From: Dehalococcoidia bacterium
GTDB lineage: Bacteria > Chloroflexota > Dehalococcoidia > Bin125
NCBI GenBank assembly: GCA_965221065.1
Contig: OZ244861.1
Coordinates: 2,867,956-2,931,955, forward strand
Direction: 5' to 3'
DNA: 64,000 nt
This document shows positions 9,447 through 20,490 of this stretch, piece by piece. Below the pieces are notes generated by a model, which was not told where the DNA came from, searched no databases, and was given only the letters and a program-made list of their open reading frames with translations. The stretch's first letter is position 1. Every line of letters begins with the position of its first letter. The translations under genes and the position numbers were made by a program.

Positions 9447-10007
9447 TCAATCAACCGCTCCATCATCGACGATCAGGCCGTCCGGCAGATCGACGGTCAT
9501 TAGGCCTGCGTCGAGGTCAATCTCGACAACGACATCGCCGAGCGCCGGCACCAGCACATCGCGCAGTTCGCCGCGATCCACGATGTAGACATCGTTTGCC
9601 CCGGTGCGCAGGACTTCGCGAATCGACCCCAGCCGGTCGCCGTCGCGAGTCAGGACCTGCAGTCCCTCGATTTCATCGACGTACCAGAACGGCTCCTCCG
9701 TCTCGGGACGCTCGCCGTCCGGGACTTCAATCAGTTCGTTGCGCAGCGCTTCGGCCGATTCTCGATCACTGATCCCATCGAGGTACAGATACACGCGCCC
9801 CTTCTGCCAGGTACAGCGGGCCACGCGTCGAGGCTCACCGCCGATGAACACCCGCCCGCCGGGCTCGAAACGTTCCGGGAAGTCAGTCAGGGGGAGCGCC
9901 TTGAGCTCGCCCTTGAGTCCTCGCGGGCGCTCGATCAAGCCAACGGCGCGGAACCCCGCGCGCGGCATGCGGTCTTCAGGTTGGCGTTGTCCCAGCCGTC
10001 GAGGCAT
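9447..10007 (-). CDS. rimM: Ribosome maturation factor RimM
   Basis: GLKGELKALPLTDFPERF motif and PRC-barrel-like C-terminus; conserved ffh-rpsP-KH-rimM synteny; the true start may be the internal Met (MPRAGF). Confidence 0.85.
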   Translation of the reverse strand: MPRRLGQRQPEDRMPRAGFRAVGLIERPRGLKGELKALPLTDFPERFEPGGRVFIGGEPRRVARCTWQKGRVYLYLDGISDRESAEALRNELIEVPDGERPETEEPFWYVDEIEGLQVLTRDGDRLGSIREVLRTGANDVYIVDRGELRDVLVPALGDVVVEIDLDAGLMTVDLPDGLIVDDGAVD

Positions 10008-10015
10008 TGATTGCG

Positions 10016-10243
10016 TCAGCGAATGTCGAGAGAGGTATCCACCGCGCGAGCGTGACCGGCCACCGAGAGCAGCGTGCGCATGGCCATCGCCAGGCGCCCC
10101 TCCCGGCCAATGATCCGTCCCATGTCGTCCTCGTGCACATTGAGCTGAATGGCGACGTGGTCGCCGTTCTCCACGCGTTGCACGCTGACGGCGTCAGGGT
10201 CGTCGACCATCCACTTGGCCACGTATTCGATGAAGTCTTCCAT
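10016..10243 (-). CDS. KH-domain RNA-binding protein (YlqC-like)
   Basis: 75 aa with the GRIIGREGR KH GXXG motif; sits between rpsP and rimM. Confidence 0.8.
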   Translation of the reverse strand: MEDFIEYVAKWMVDDPDAVSVQRVENGDHVAIQLNVHEDDMGRIIGREGRLAMAMRTLLSVAGHARAVDTSLDIR

Positions 10244-10255
10244 CGCGTTGCTCGA

Positions 10256-10564
10256 CTATTCGGCAGTTGCGGCGGCGGCCCGCTTGGCGTCCGCTCGCTT
10301 GCTGCGCGGCTTGGGTTGCCACGGCTCGATCAGGCCTTCTTTGGCGAGGAAGCGGTGCACCGTCTCGCTCGGCTGAGCGCCGTGCGAGAGCCAGTATTTG
10401 ACGCGCTCGCCGTTGACCTCGAACGTGGCCGGGTCGCTCAGGGGGTCGTAATGGCCAAGGCTCTCGACGAAGCGCCCGTCTCGTGGCTTGCGCGAATCCT
10501 GGACGACCACTCGATAGAAGGGCCGCCCCTTGCGCCCGTGGCGGGCGAGTCGAATTTTCAGCAT
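10256..10564 (-). CDS. rpsP: 30S ribosomal protein S16
   Basis: MLKIRLARHGRKGRPFYRVVV..GHYDP is a canonical S16 N-terminus. Confidence 0.92.
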   Translation of the reverse strand: MLKIRLARHGRKGRPFYRVVVQDSRKPRDGRFVESLGHYDPLSDPATFEVNGERVKYWLSHGAQPSETVHRFLAKEGLIEPWQPKPRSKRADAKRAAAATAE

Positions 10565-10639
10565 GTGCTCAGATCTGCCTGCTTCTCACTTCACGCGTTG
10601 CATCCAGCCTAGACCGATCCGGCTGTTGGCGCTGTCTCG

Positions 10640-11989
10640 CTAGCGACGCCCGATCGCCGCCCTGGGGCTGGGCATGCCCGGCGTGCGGCCCGAGGCGATG
10701 TCCTTCATGATCCCTTTGGCTTGCTTGAACTGATTCAGCAACTGATTGACTTCCTGCGGCGATGTCCCGCTCCCTTTGGCAATCCGCCGGCGCCGCGAAC
10801 CATTAATCATGTCCGGCTTGCGCCGCTCTTCCGGCGTCATTGAGAGCACGATCGCTTCGAAGTGCATGAAGAAGTCGTCGTCGATCTCGTCAACCTGGAT
10901 CTGGTCCTTGATCGAGCTCAGGCCCGGAATCATGCTCACGATCTGCGAGATCGGGCCCATCTGGCGCACCTTGCCGATCTGCTCGATGAAGTCCTCAAGG
11001 TCGAACTCGCCATCCTGCAATCGGCGCCGCCAGACCTTGGCGTCCTGCTCGCCGAACTCTTCCGATGCGCGTTCGACCAGGGTTGACATGTCGCCGCGCC
11101 CGAGGATGCGGCTGGCGAGGCGATCCGGGCGAAACGGTTCCAGAGCGTCAGGTCGCTCGCCGATGCCGAGAAACTTGATCGGCGCACCGGTGACCGCGCG
11201 AATCGAGAGCGCTGCACCACCGCGGGCATCGCCGTCCATCTTCGAGAGCACCACACCGGTGATGCCCACAGCTTCGTCGAACGCTGAAGCCGCATTCACG
11301 GCGTCCTGACCCGACATTGCATCGGCCACCAGCAGGACCTCCGTGGGTTCGAAGCACGCTTGCAACTCCGTGATTTCGGTCATCATGTCTTCGTCGATGT
11401 GCAGTCGACCGGCTGTATCAACGATCACCGTGCCGGCGCCAATCTGTTCGGCGCGTTCCAATCCCTGCTCAACGATCCTGGCGGGGCGTTCGTGAGAGCC
11501 GAGTTCGAAGACCTCGATGTCGAGCTGCCGACCCAGCGCCTGCAGCTGATCGATCGCCGCGGGTCGATAGACATCAGCCGCGATCAACAGGGGACGATCG
11601 CCGGACTTTCGCGCTCGCAACGCCAGCTTGGCCGAGGTCGTCGTCTTACCGGAGCCCTGCAGCCCGACCATGAGGATGATGGTTGGCCCTTGCGAAGCTC
11701 GATGCAGACTCGGCGACTCGGTGCCGAGCAGTGAGATCAGTTCCTCGTTGATGATCTCGACGATGCGATTGAGCGGCGTGGGTGAGCGCATCACCTCGTC
11801 GGTGTTGGCTCTACCGCGCACCGCCTTGATGAAGTCGCGGGCGACCTTGTAGTTGACGTCGGCCTCGAGCAGCGCCAATCGGACTTCCCGCAGAGCGGCC
11901 TCGAGGTCCTTCTCCGAGATGGCGCCGCGCCGGCCAAGCGTCGCGAAGACGCCCTGTAATTTGCCACTCAATGCATCAAACATGGCCAT
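10640..11989 (-). CDS. ffh: Signal recognition particle protein Ffh
   Basis: NG-domain GTPase motifs GLQGSGKTTT and DTAGR; C-terminal Met-rich M-domain. Confidence 0.92.
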   Translation of the reverse strand: MAMFDALSGKLQGVFATLGRRGAISEKDLEAALREVRLALLEADVNYKVARDFIKAVRGRANTDEVMRSPTPLNRIVEIINEELISLLGTESPSLHRASQGPTIILMVGLQGSGKTTTSAKLALRARKSGDRPLLIAADVYRPAAIDQLQALGRQLDIEVFELGSHERPARIVEQGLERAEQIGAGTVIVDTAGRLHIDEDMMTEITELQACFEPTEVLLVADAMSGQDAVNAASAFDEAVGITGVVLSKMDGDARGGAALSIRAVTGAPIKFLGIGERPDALEPFRPDRLASRILGRGDMSTLVERASEEFGEQDAKVWRRRLQDGEFDLEDFIEQIGKVRQMGPISQIVSMIPGLSSIKDQIQVDEIDDDFFMHFEAIVLSMTPEERRKPDMINGSRRRRIAKGSGTSPQEVNQLLNQFKQAKGIMKDIASGRTPGMPSPRAAIGRR

Positions 11990-12108
11990 GACAGGTGTGT
12001 CCTCACCCTAACCCTCTCCCAGCGCGAGAGGGAACCAGCAGGGGACCGACCCGAGATTCCATTCCCTCCCCACGAGCGAGAGGGGCAGGGTGAGCGCCCG
12101 CGCAGACC

Positions 12109-13134
12109 CTACGACAACCCGGCCTCGGCCATGCGGACGCAGAGGTCGCCGACGCGAACGCTGTAGCCCCACTCGTTGTCGTACCAGCTCACGACCTTGA
12201 CCTGGGTGCCTTCCAGCACCATGGTCGAGAGCGCGTCGATGATCGACGAGGCGGGCGAACCCTTGAAGTCGCTGCTCACCAGCGGCTCATCGGTGTAGTC
12301 GAGGATGCCGTGCAGCGGCGATTCGAGATCGGTGGCGGCCTTCTCGAAGGCGGCGTTGAGTTCTTCCGCATCGGTGGCGCGTTCGGCGTCAATCACGAGG
12401 TCGACGACCGAGACGGTGCTGGTCGGCACCCGGTACGCCATGCCGTTGAGCTTGCCGTTGAGGTGCGGGAGCACCAGTCCGACCGCCTTGGCGGCGCCGG
12501 TGGTGGTCGGGATGATATTCATCGCCGCCGCGCGGGCACGGCGCAGGTCGCTGTGGACGGTGTCGAGGATGGCCTGGTCGTTGGTGTAGGCGTGAATCGT
12601 CGACATGATGCCGCTCTTGATCCCGACGGTGTCGTCGAGCACCTTGGCCATCGGCGCGAGGCAGTTGGTGGTGCAGGAGGCGTTCGAGACAACGTGGTGC
12701 GAGGCCGGGTCGTAGGCGTCGTCGTTGACCCCGAGCACGATCGTCAGGTCCTCGTTCTTCGCCGGCGCGGAGATCACGACCTTGGACGGCCCGTGGTTCA
12801 GGTGCCCGCGCGCTCGTTCCGCATCCGTGAAGATGCCTGTGCTCTCGACCACGATCTCCACGCCGTAGTCGCCCCAGGGAATCTGCCCTGGGTCACGCTC
12901 GGATATGACCGCGATCCGCTGCCCGTCGATAACGAGGTCGCCGTCAACCACATCGACGTCGCCCGGGTAGCGCCCGTAGTTGGTGTCGTACTTGAACAGG
13001 TGCGCGTTGGTCTCCGAGTCTGTCAGGTCGTTGATCGCCACGACCTTGAGGTCATCGCCATGGAAGTCGAGCATGCCCTTGAGCACCTGCCGACCGATTC
13101 GGCCGAAGCCGTTGATGCCAATGTTCGTCGTCAC
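12109..13134 (-). CDS. gap: Glyceraldehyde-3-phosphate dehydrogenase (type I)
   Basis: [12 protein letters not shown]-binding motif and the active-site [12 protein letters not shown]. Confidence 0.93.
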   Translation of the reverse strand: MTTNIGINGFGRIGRQVLKGMLDFHGDDLKVVAINDLTDSETNAHLFKYDTNYGRYPGDVDVVDGDLVIDGQRIAVISERDPGQIPWGDYGVEIVVESTGIFTDAERARGHLNHGPSKVVISAPAKNEDLTIVLGVNDDAYDPASHHVVSNASCTTNCLAPMAKVLDDTVGIKSGIMSTIHAYTNDQAILDTVHSDLRRARAAAMNIIPTTTGAAKAVGLVLPHLNGKLNGMAYRVPTSTVSVVDLVIDAERATDAEELNAAFEKAATDLESPLHGILDYTDEPLVSSDFKGSPASSIIDALSTMVLEGTQVKVVSWYDNEWGYSVRVGDLCVRMAEAGLS

Positions 13135-13252
13135 GAAGGTCTCCTGAGTGTGTAGGGATTGATCAGTTCCTCCGCAGGATCGCAGAGCAACGCAGTGCGC
13201 TCAAGCATTCAGCGGTCGATCGTGGGTATCGCGAGCATCCGTCGCTGCAGTA

Positions 13253-14149
13253 TCAGAGCAGAACGCGCTTCGGCGCGCCCGACGGCTGCCGCCGAAAGTT
13301 GTCGATCAGCAGGCGCTGCCGCCCCTGGTCAATGATCCACTGTCCCCGGCAGCGCCGTGGATCGTCGAGGATCGCCTGGCTCTGGCGGTGGAGGCGCTGG
13401 TACTCCTGTCGATCTTCTGACTCGACGCCGAACAGTCCGCTGCCGACGGCGAATCGGCATTGCCGGTCCTGGATCGTGATCTGCCAGCCAAGCAGCAGTT
13501 GGGCCCAGCCGAGATGGAATGCTTCGTCGGCCCAGTTGACGAGGAACCGCTTGTCGTGCGAACCATCCGCGCCGAGCAGGGCCGACGCCCCGAAGTGCGG
13601 ACGGGACAGCTCAGAGACGGCACGATACGCGTCGGCGGTTTCGGGCGCCATCGCGATCTGCTGTCCGGCCATGTACTGACCCATACCGATCTCGGTCGCG
13701 TGATGTTCGGCATTGTTGGACCACGCCTCGCGCAGCCAGGCTTCGAACTCGATCTGCTCGTCACCGACGACCGCCTGCTCTGCGCCGAGCCACTCCATCG
13801 TCGCCCGCAGCAACGGCAGCGCGGCCGAGTAACAGGCCCGAGCCGTCAGAGACCGGGCCTCCAGCCCGCCCGCGTACACGCGCGACCAGAACAACAACGC
13901 GGAGGCATAACGCCGGTTCCGGAACGATGATCCATAAGACTGCTCGACGATCGTTCGCTGGAGCGCGAACGCGTCCTGCAGCCAGCGCAGGTCCAGCGAC
14001 AGCGCGAACGCCGTCTCGCGAAAGGCGTCGCGGCGAGCCTGCGGCTCCTTGTCGCGAGGCTTCAGCAGCTCCGGGGTGGCAGATGGGAATGTGATCGGTG
14101 AGATTCGTTGCCTGGGCGGGTCAGGCGCTCCACTCGGCTCGACGGTCAT
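13253..14149 (-). CDS. Hypothetical protein (298 aa)
   Basis: Long ORF; its start overlaps the end of the upstream hypothetical gene by a few nt (operon-like); no recognisable domain. Confidence 0.45.
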   Translation of the reverse strand: MTVEPSGAPDPPRQRISPITFPSATPELLKPRDKEPQARRDAFRETAFALSLDLRWLQDAFALQRTIVEQSYGSSFRNRRYASALLFWSRVYAGGLEARSLTARACYSAALPLLRATMEWLGAEQAVVGDEQIEFEAWLREAWSNNAEHHATEIGMGQYMAGQQIAMAPETADAYRAVSELSRPHFGASALLGADGSHDKRFLVNWADEAFHLGWAQLLLGWQITIQDRQCRFAVGSGLFGVESEDRQEYQRLHRQSQAILDDPRRCRGQWIIDQGRQRLLIDNFRRQPSGAPKRVLL

Positions 14150-14154
14150 CGCAA

Positions 14155-14697
14155 TCAGGTTCCCGCGTCTCGGGAGGCCAGCAGCGCTTCAAGCCAGGAG
14201 AGCAGGCGCTCGCTCTGAGCCTCGACATACGGACGATCCGGATGCCAGGACCACAGTTCTCGCACGACCTCGATCGTTGACCAGGTGCTGCCCTCTCCGC
14301 CATTTGCGATCTGCACCAGCCGGGTCGCAACGTGATCCGCGCTCCAGACCAGCGGCCGCTCATAGTCAAGCATGCGAGTTGACTGCGTCAGCGCGCGGAT
14401 CCAGCGCTCGACCGTATCGAAGGCGACGCGGCGGTCCATGAGCAGGGCTCGGAGCGCCAACACCTCGGGCAGGTCGACGACTCGGGCAGGAGGTCGATCA
14501 GGCGGCGGGACCGGTTCCGGACCGTCGTCCTCTGGCAGTCGATCCAGCTCGGCCGTCCAGCGCTCGGCAGGGACTCGCCTGAGCTCGTTGTAGACCAGCG
14601 CCCCACCGGAACCGCCGTCCCACCAGTCTCGCAGCCGCTCGTGACGCGCGCTGCTGAGTTGGCCGACATCGGAATTGGGCGTGGTCGAGGGGGGCAC
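14155..14697 (-). CDS. Hypothetical protein (180 aa)
   Basis: ORF immediately upstream of 13253..14149 and co-oriented; no recognisable domain. Confidence 0.4.
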   Translation of the reverse strand: MPPSTTPNSDVGQLSSARHERLRDWWDGGSGGALVYNELRRVPAERWTAELDRLPEDDGPEPVPPPDRPPARVVDLPEVLALRALLMDRRVAFDTVERWIRALTQSTRMLDYERPLVWSADHVATRLVQIANGGEGSTWSTIEVVRELWSWHPDRPYVEAQSERLLSWLEALLASRDAGT

Positions 14698-14913
14698 GTC
14701 GCAAGGTTATCGCAGGTGCTTCTGTTGCGTGTCGGCGCCGAGTTCTGTTGACGGAGCGTTACGTGGAATAACTGATAACTGCGATTACCGATCGGCCACG
14801 CGTGTTCTGGCAAGCGCTTGCTAGAGCGGATCCAGCGCCGATACGTGTCGTCGGCGCCGCCAGTACCAGCAGACCGAACAGCACATGGGACCACGAAGGG
14901 GCAGCGCAGCGAC

Positions 14914-15840
14914 ATGGAACATGAAATCCAGCAGTTTCTCACCTACATGGCCGCCGAGCGGGGGGCCTCCGCGAACACCATCTCGGCGTATCGCAACGAT
15001 CTGGCCCAGTTGCGGGCCTACTTCGTCGAGCAGCACGCGAAGCTGCACGCGGATGATCCCTCCGCCACGACTCCGATCGAAGAGATCGACGCCGAGCAAC
15101 TGCAGGAGTACATCGTTCACCTGCGCGAGCAGCAGTACGCCGCGGCGACTGTTGCCCGCAAGGTCGCGGCGGTCAAGAGCCTGTTCAGCTACCTCCATGG
15201 CGAGAGCATCATCGACGTCAACCCCGCCGAGCAACTCAGTTCGCCCCGCGTCGGCCGCAGCCTGCCGCGCACATTGACCGTCCAGGAGGTCGACGCGCTG
15301 CTCGAGCAGCCCGGCCGCTGGAACACGCCGGAGGCGGCTCGCGATCAGGCGATGCTCGAGATGCTCTACGCCACCGGCATGCGCGTCTCCGAGTTTGTCT
15401 CGCTCGACCTTTCGTCGATCGAGTTGCAGGGTCAGCGGGCGTCGGTGCGCTGCGTCGGCAAGGGGCGACGCGAGCGTCTGATTCCGATTCACTCAGCCGC
15501 CGTAGCGGCGCTGCATCACTACCTGCAGGAGGCGCGGCCCAAGCTCGCTCGCGGGCGGCGCGAGGTTGCGCTGTTCATCAATCGACGGGGCGAGCGACTG
15601 ACCAGGCAGGGCGTCTGGCTGATCATCAAGCACTACGCCCAGGAGGCCGGGATCTCCGGCGTGACGCCGCACACCCTGCGCCACAGTTTCGCGACGCACC
15701 TGCTGCGTGGCGCTGCTCCGCTGCGCAACGTCCAGGAGCTGATGGGTCACGCCAACATCTCGACCACGCAGCTCTACACCCAGTTGACCGACGAGCATCT
15801 GCGGGACGTCTACGATCGGGCACATCCGCGCGCCAGCTAG
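14914..15840 (+). CDS. xerD: Tyrosine site-specific recombinase XerD/XerC family
   Basis: N-terminal SAM-like core-binding region (YMAAERGASANTISAYRNDL); catalytic HTLRHSFATHLL..GHANISTTQLYT with the Tyr nucleophile; start taken at the MEHEIQQ ATG. Confidence 0.85.
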   Translation: MEHEIQQFLTYMAAERGASANTISAYRNDLAQLRAYFVEQHAKLHADDPSATTPIEEIDAEQLQEYIVHLREQQYAAATVARKVAAVKSLFSYLHGESIIDVNPAEQLSSPRVGRSLPRTLTVQEVDALLEQPGRWNTPEAARDQAMLEMLYATGMRVSEFVSLDLSSIELQGQRASVRCVGKGRRERLIPIHSAAVAALHHYLQEARPKLARGRREVALFINRRGERLTRQGVWLIIKHYAQEAGISGVTPHTLRHSFATHLLRGAAPLRNVQELMGHANISTTQLYTQLTDEHLRDVYDRAHPRAS

Positions 15841-15878
15841 TCCAACCTCGTCAGCGGGGACGGTGCGTCCGAGCCTGA

Positions 15879-17189
<1,311 letters not shown>

Positions 17190-19130
17190 CTACAACTCCA
17201 GTTTGAGCTGCTCGGCCAGGCGCTGCGTCATACCCGGCGTTGAGGCGATCTCGGTCACGTCGGCGTCGCGGATTGCCTGCAGCGAGCCGAACTTGCGCAG
17301 CAGGGCCTTCTTGCGGCGCGGACCGATGCCCTTAATCCGGTCGAGCGTGCTCTGCGATGTTTGCCGAGCCCGGAGTCGGCGGTGATAGGAAATGGCGAAG
17401 CGATGCGCTTCGTCTCGGATGCGCTGGACCAGGTAGAGCCCCTGCGAGCGACGGTCGAGGCGGACCGGATCTGATGAGTCCACCTGGAACAGCAACTCCT
17501 CACGCTTGGCCAGGCCGGCGAGCGGGATGTCGTCAACGGCGAGGTTGCGCATCACGTCATGGGCGGCCGAAACCTGTCCCTTGCCTCCGTCAACGATGAC
17601 GAGGTCGGGGATAGCGCCCCAGCCTTCGGAGTCGGACTGATCGTCAGCATCGGCATTCGAAGACGACGGTTCGTCGGGCACATCGAAGCCCTTGGCTCGC
17701 TCTGCCCGTCGCTCCTCCCCCAGTCGTTTGAAACGACGCTGGATCACCTCCGCCATGGACGCGAAGTCGTTCGGACCGTCGCTGGTATCAACCGTCTTTA
17801 TCCGGAAGCGCCGATACTCGCTGGTGGCCGGTTGCCCGTCGAGGAACACAACCATGGAAGCGACGACGTTCGAGCCCTGGGTGTTCGAGATGTCGTAGCA
17901 CTCGATTCGCTTCGGCGGCGTGGGCAGGCTGAGCGCCTCTTCGAGCTCGGCCAGCGCCGCGTCGGTGCGACCGCGATCGGCCATCCAACGAACTCGAGAC
18001 ATGGCCAGCGTCTCCGATGCGTTCTCCGTCGCCATGGCGACGAGTCGGCGCTTGTCTCCGCGCTTCGGATGCCTGACCTCGACCCGCGTCCCGCGTTTGT
18101 CGGAGAGCCAATCCTGCAGCAGCCCGAGGTCCTCGATCTCGTCCGGGATCAGGACCAGTCTGGGCGGCTGGAGGCCGCCCTCGTAATGCTGACGCAGGAA
18201 CGATGAGATCACCGAACCCGCCGACTCATCCTTGACACCTGCGAGGTTGAAGTGGTCCGATCCGGCCATGTTCTGGCCACGAATGAAGAGCACCTGGACG
18301 ACGGCTTCGTCGCCGTCGACCGCCAGCCCGAAGACATCGATCTCCGCTGCCGCCGTGTCGGCGGTGAGTTGTGTTTCGGTGACCCGCTCGACCGAGGCGA
18401 TCTGGTCACGAAGCTGGGCGGCTCGCTCGAAGTTCAACTCCTCCGCCGCGTCGGTCATGGCGGTCTTGAGCTGTTTGACCACGGTCTCGCTCTTGCCGTC
18501 GAGGAAGAGCATGGTCTGGTCGATGACCTCCTTGTACTCGTCCGGCGTGCAGAACGAAGTGCAGGGCGCGATGCAGCGGCGGATGTAGTACTCGAGGCAC
18601 GGGCGTGGATCGGAGCCCGTGATCTCCTTGTCGCACGACCGCCAGGGGAAGAGTTTCTTGACCAGATCGAGCGTCGTCCGCACCGACTTGGCCGATGCGT
18701 AGGGTCCGAAATAGCGGCTGCCGTCGTTCGTCGCGCGACGGGTGATGGTCACCCTCGGCCACGGAGCGTCAACGTCGATCTTGAGATACGGATAGTGCTT
18801 GTCGTCTTTGAGCCTGACGTTGAAGAACGGCTGGTGCCGCTTGACGAGCGTCGCCTCGAGATGGAGGGCGTCCTGCTCAGTGTGAGTTGTGACGTACTCG
18901 AGCTGCGCGATCCGTGATGCGAGGATGCGCGTCTTGCCCTCGAGCGAACGCGGCGAACCGAAGTAACTGCGCACTCTGGACTTGAGATTGGCCGCCTTGC
19001 CGATGTAAATCACCCGGCCATTGGCGTCGCGGAAGGTATAGACGCCGGGCTTCGCCGGCATCGCAGAGACCTGTGCCTGGAGCTGGGCGCGGATCTGGTC
19101 GGGTGAGGAGGGGGCCGCGTCGGTGGTCAC
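17190..19130 (-). CDS. uvrC: Excinuclease ABC subunit C
   Basis: GIY-YIG N-terminus (GVYTFRDANGRVIYIGKAANLKSR); UvrC homology region; C-terminal HhH (IKGIGPRRKKALL). Confidence 0.92.
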   Translation of the reverse strand: MTTDAAPSSPDQIRAQLQAQVSAMPAKPGVYTFRDANGRVIYIGKAANLKSRVRSYFGSPRSLEGKTRILASRIAQLEYVTTHTEQDALHLEATLVKRHQPFFNVRLKDDKHYPYLKIDVDAPWPRVTITRRATNDGSRYFGPYASAKSVRTTLDLVKKLFPWRSCDKEITGSDPRPCLEYYIRRCIAPCTSFCTPDEYKEVIDQTMLFLDGKSETVVKQLKTAMTDAAEELNFERAAQLRDQIASVERVTETQLTADTAAAEIDVFGLAVDGDEAVVQVLFIRGQNMAGSDHFNLAGVKDESAGSVISSFLRQHYEGGLQPPRLVLIPDEIEDLGLLQDWLSDKRGTRVEVRHPKRGDKRRLVAMATENASETLAMSRVRWMADRGRTDAALAELEEALSLPTPPKRIECYDISNTQGSNVVASMVVFLDGQPATSEYRRFRIKTVDTSDGPNDFASMAEVIQRRFKRLGEERRAERAKGFDVPDEPSSSNADADDQSDSEGWGAIPDLVIVDGGKGQVSAAHDVMRNLAVDDIPLAGLAKREELLFQVDSSDPVRLDRRSQGLYLVQRIRDEAHRFAISYHRRLRARQTSQSTLDRIKGIGPRRKKALLRKFGSLQAIRDADVTEIASTPGMTQRLAEQLKLEL

Positions 19131-19236
19131 GGATTCAGATTAGCGAAGCGATGACTGAGGGGAGGTCTGGGCCCCGCATCAAGTGCGGGGCATCGGGTGA
19201 GGGGGACTTGGGTATGGGATGGAAGTGTGACAGTGG

Positions 19237-19313
19237 TGGCGCGCCCGGCAGGACTTGAACCTGCGACCTCTGCCTCCGCAGGGCAGCGCTCTAATCCGCT
19301 GAGCTACGGGCGC
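19237..19313 (-). tRNA. tRNA-Arg (anticodon reads GCG in my manual fold; backbone close to Arg-CCG tRNAs)
   Basis: GCGCCCGTAGCTCAGCGGATTAGAGCG..CTGCC-CTGCGGA-GGCAG..GGTTCAAGTCCTGCCGGGCGCGCCA; clean cloverleaf, 77 nt; the anticodon reading is unusual and should be verified. Confidence 0.7.
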
Positions 19314-19354
19314 ATTGAAATCGGCTTGAGTCGTGGTTGGAATGATTGGAGCGT

Positions 19355-19441
<87 letters not shown>

Positions 19442-19519
19442 AACGAGCCGGGGCCTCTCAGGCCCCGCATCACTCCGGTTGACGGCCAACCTCCCCAAGC
19501 GTATCCGCTGATCGTCTGC

Positions 19520-19596
19520 TGGTGGGCGATGCAGGACTTGAACCTGCGGCCTCTCGGATGTGAACCGAACGCTCTAGCCAGCTGAGCTAATCGCCC
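19520..19596 (-). tRNA. tRNA-Val (anticodon CAC)
   Basis: GGGCGATTAGCTCAGCTGGCTAGAGCG, anticodon loop TTCACAT, GGTTCAAGTCCTGCATCGCCCACCA; 77 nt. Confidence 0.8.
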
Positions 19597-19636
19597 CACT
19601 CGATTGCACGTCGATTGACGCACCCCGAGGTGCTGG

Positions 19637-19712
19637 TGGTAGCAGCGGCAGGACTCGAACCTGCGACACGGGGCTTATGAGTCCCCTGCTCTGCCAACTG
19701 AGCTACGCTGCC
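19637..19712 (-). tRNA. tRNA with CAT anticodon (elongator Met, or Ile2 if lysidinylated)
   Basis: GGCAGCGTAGCTCAGTTGGCAGAGCA, anticodon loop CTCATAA, GGTTCGAGTCCTGCCGCTGCTACCA; G1:U72 pair, so not an initiator. Confidence 0.75.
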
Positions 19713-19843
19713 ACGTTTTCTCAGGGTATCGCACACTATCGGGCAGCGCCGTTGTCGTCAAAGCTCCGGGCCCGGCCTAAGCCTGGCCAATCGCATACTC
19801 TGACGCAGATATCCGAGGCCGACCGAATCGAAGGGCAAGGCCC

Positions 19844-20440
19844 GTGGCGATCGAGTGGCGTCCCAACGATCCGGACTTCTCGCTATCCGGTCAACTCCTG
19901 GTCGCCTCGCGCCATCTGGCCGATCCGAACTTCTTTCGCACGGTCGTCCTGATCCTCGAACAGCAGGAAGGCACGCTGGGCGTCGTCCTCAACCGACCCA
20001 CCGCCGTGGCCATCGCGGACGTAGTCCCCGATTGGATCGAGCTGGCCGCGCAACCGGCGGTCATCTTCCAGGGCGGCCCGGTCGAGCGAACAGCGGCGAT
20101 CGGGCTCGCTCGACCGGACGGTCCTTTCGACTCCGAACAGAGCTGGTTCACCCTGTCAATCACTGAAGCTGGCCAGGAACTGGGAATCGTCAACCTGAGC
20201 GCACAGCCCAGCGACCTGGTCGGCGTCGTCCGCGATCTGCGGATCTACTCGGGATACGCTGGATGGAGCGCAGGCCAACTCGAGAGCGAGATTCAAGCTG
20301 GAGGCTGGTTGGTACTCGATCACGCCGGATTCGATCCGCTGACGAGCGATCCGGCCACGCTCTGGAACCAGGCGTCCAGCGCAGCCGCCAGTGGGCAAGG
20401 AGTCAGGGCCATCGACGGGCCAACAGTCGAGAACAACTGA
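19844..20440 (+). CDS. yqgE: YqgE/AlgH family protein (UPF0301)
   Basis: LLVASRHLADPNFFRTVVLILEQQEGTLGVVLNRP is the signature N-terminus of the YqgE/AlgH family. Confidence 0.8.
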   Translation: MAIEWRPNDPDFSLSGQLLVASRHLADPNFFRTVVLILEQQEGTLGVVLNRPTAVAIADVVPDWIELAAQPAVIFQGGPVERTAAIGLARPDGPFDSEQSWFTLSITEAGQELGIVNLSAQPSDLVGVVRDLRIYSGYAGWSAGQLESEIQAGGWLVLDHAGFDPLTSDPATLWNQASSAAASGQGVRAIDGPTVENN

Positions 20441-20490
20441 CAGGGTCCGGAGGGCGCTGCTGTTGGCAACAGGACAGGGAGGATTGAGCG

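Noticed and set aside
12310-13155. 281-aa plus-strand ORF opposite gap
   Set aside because: Antisense shadow of the highly conserved GAPDH gene.
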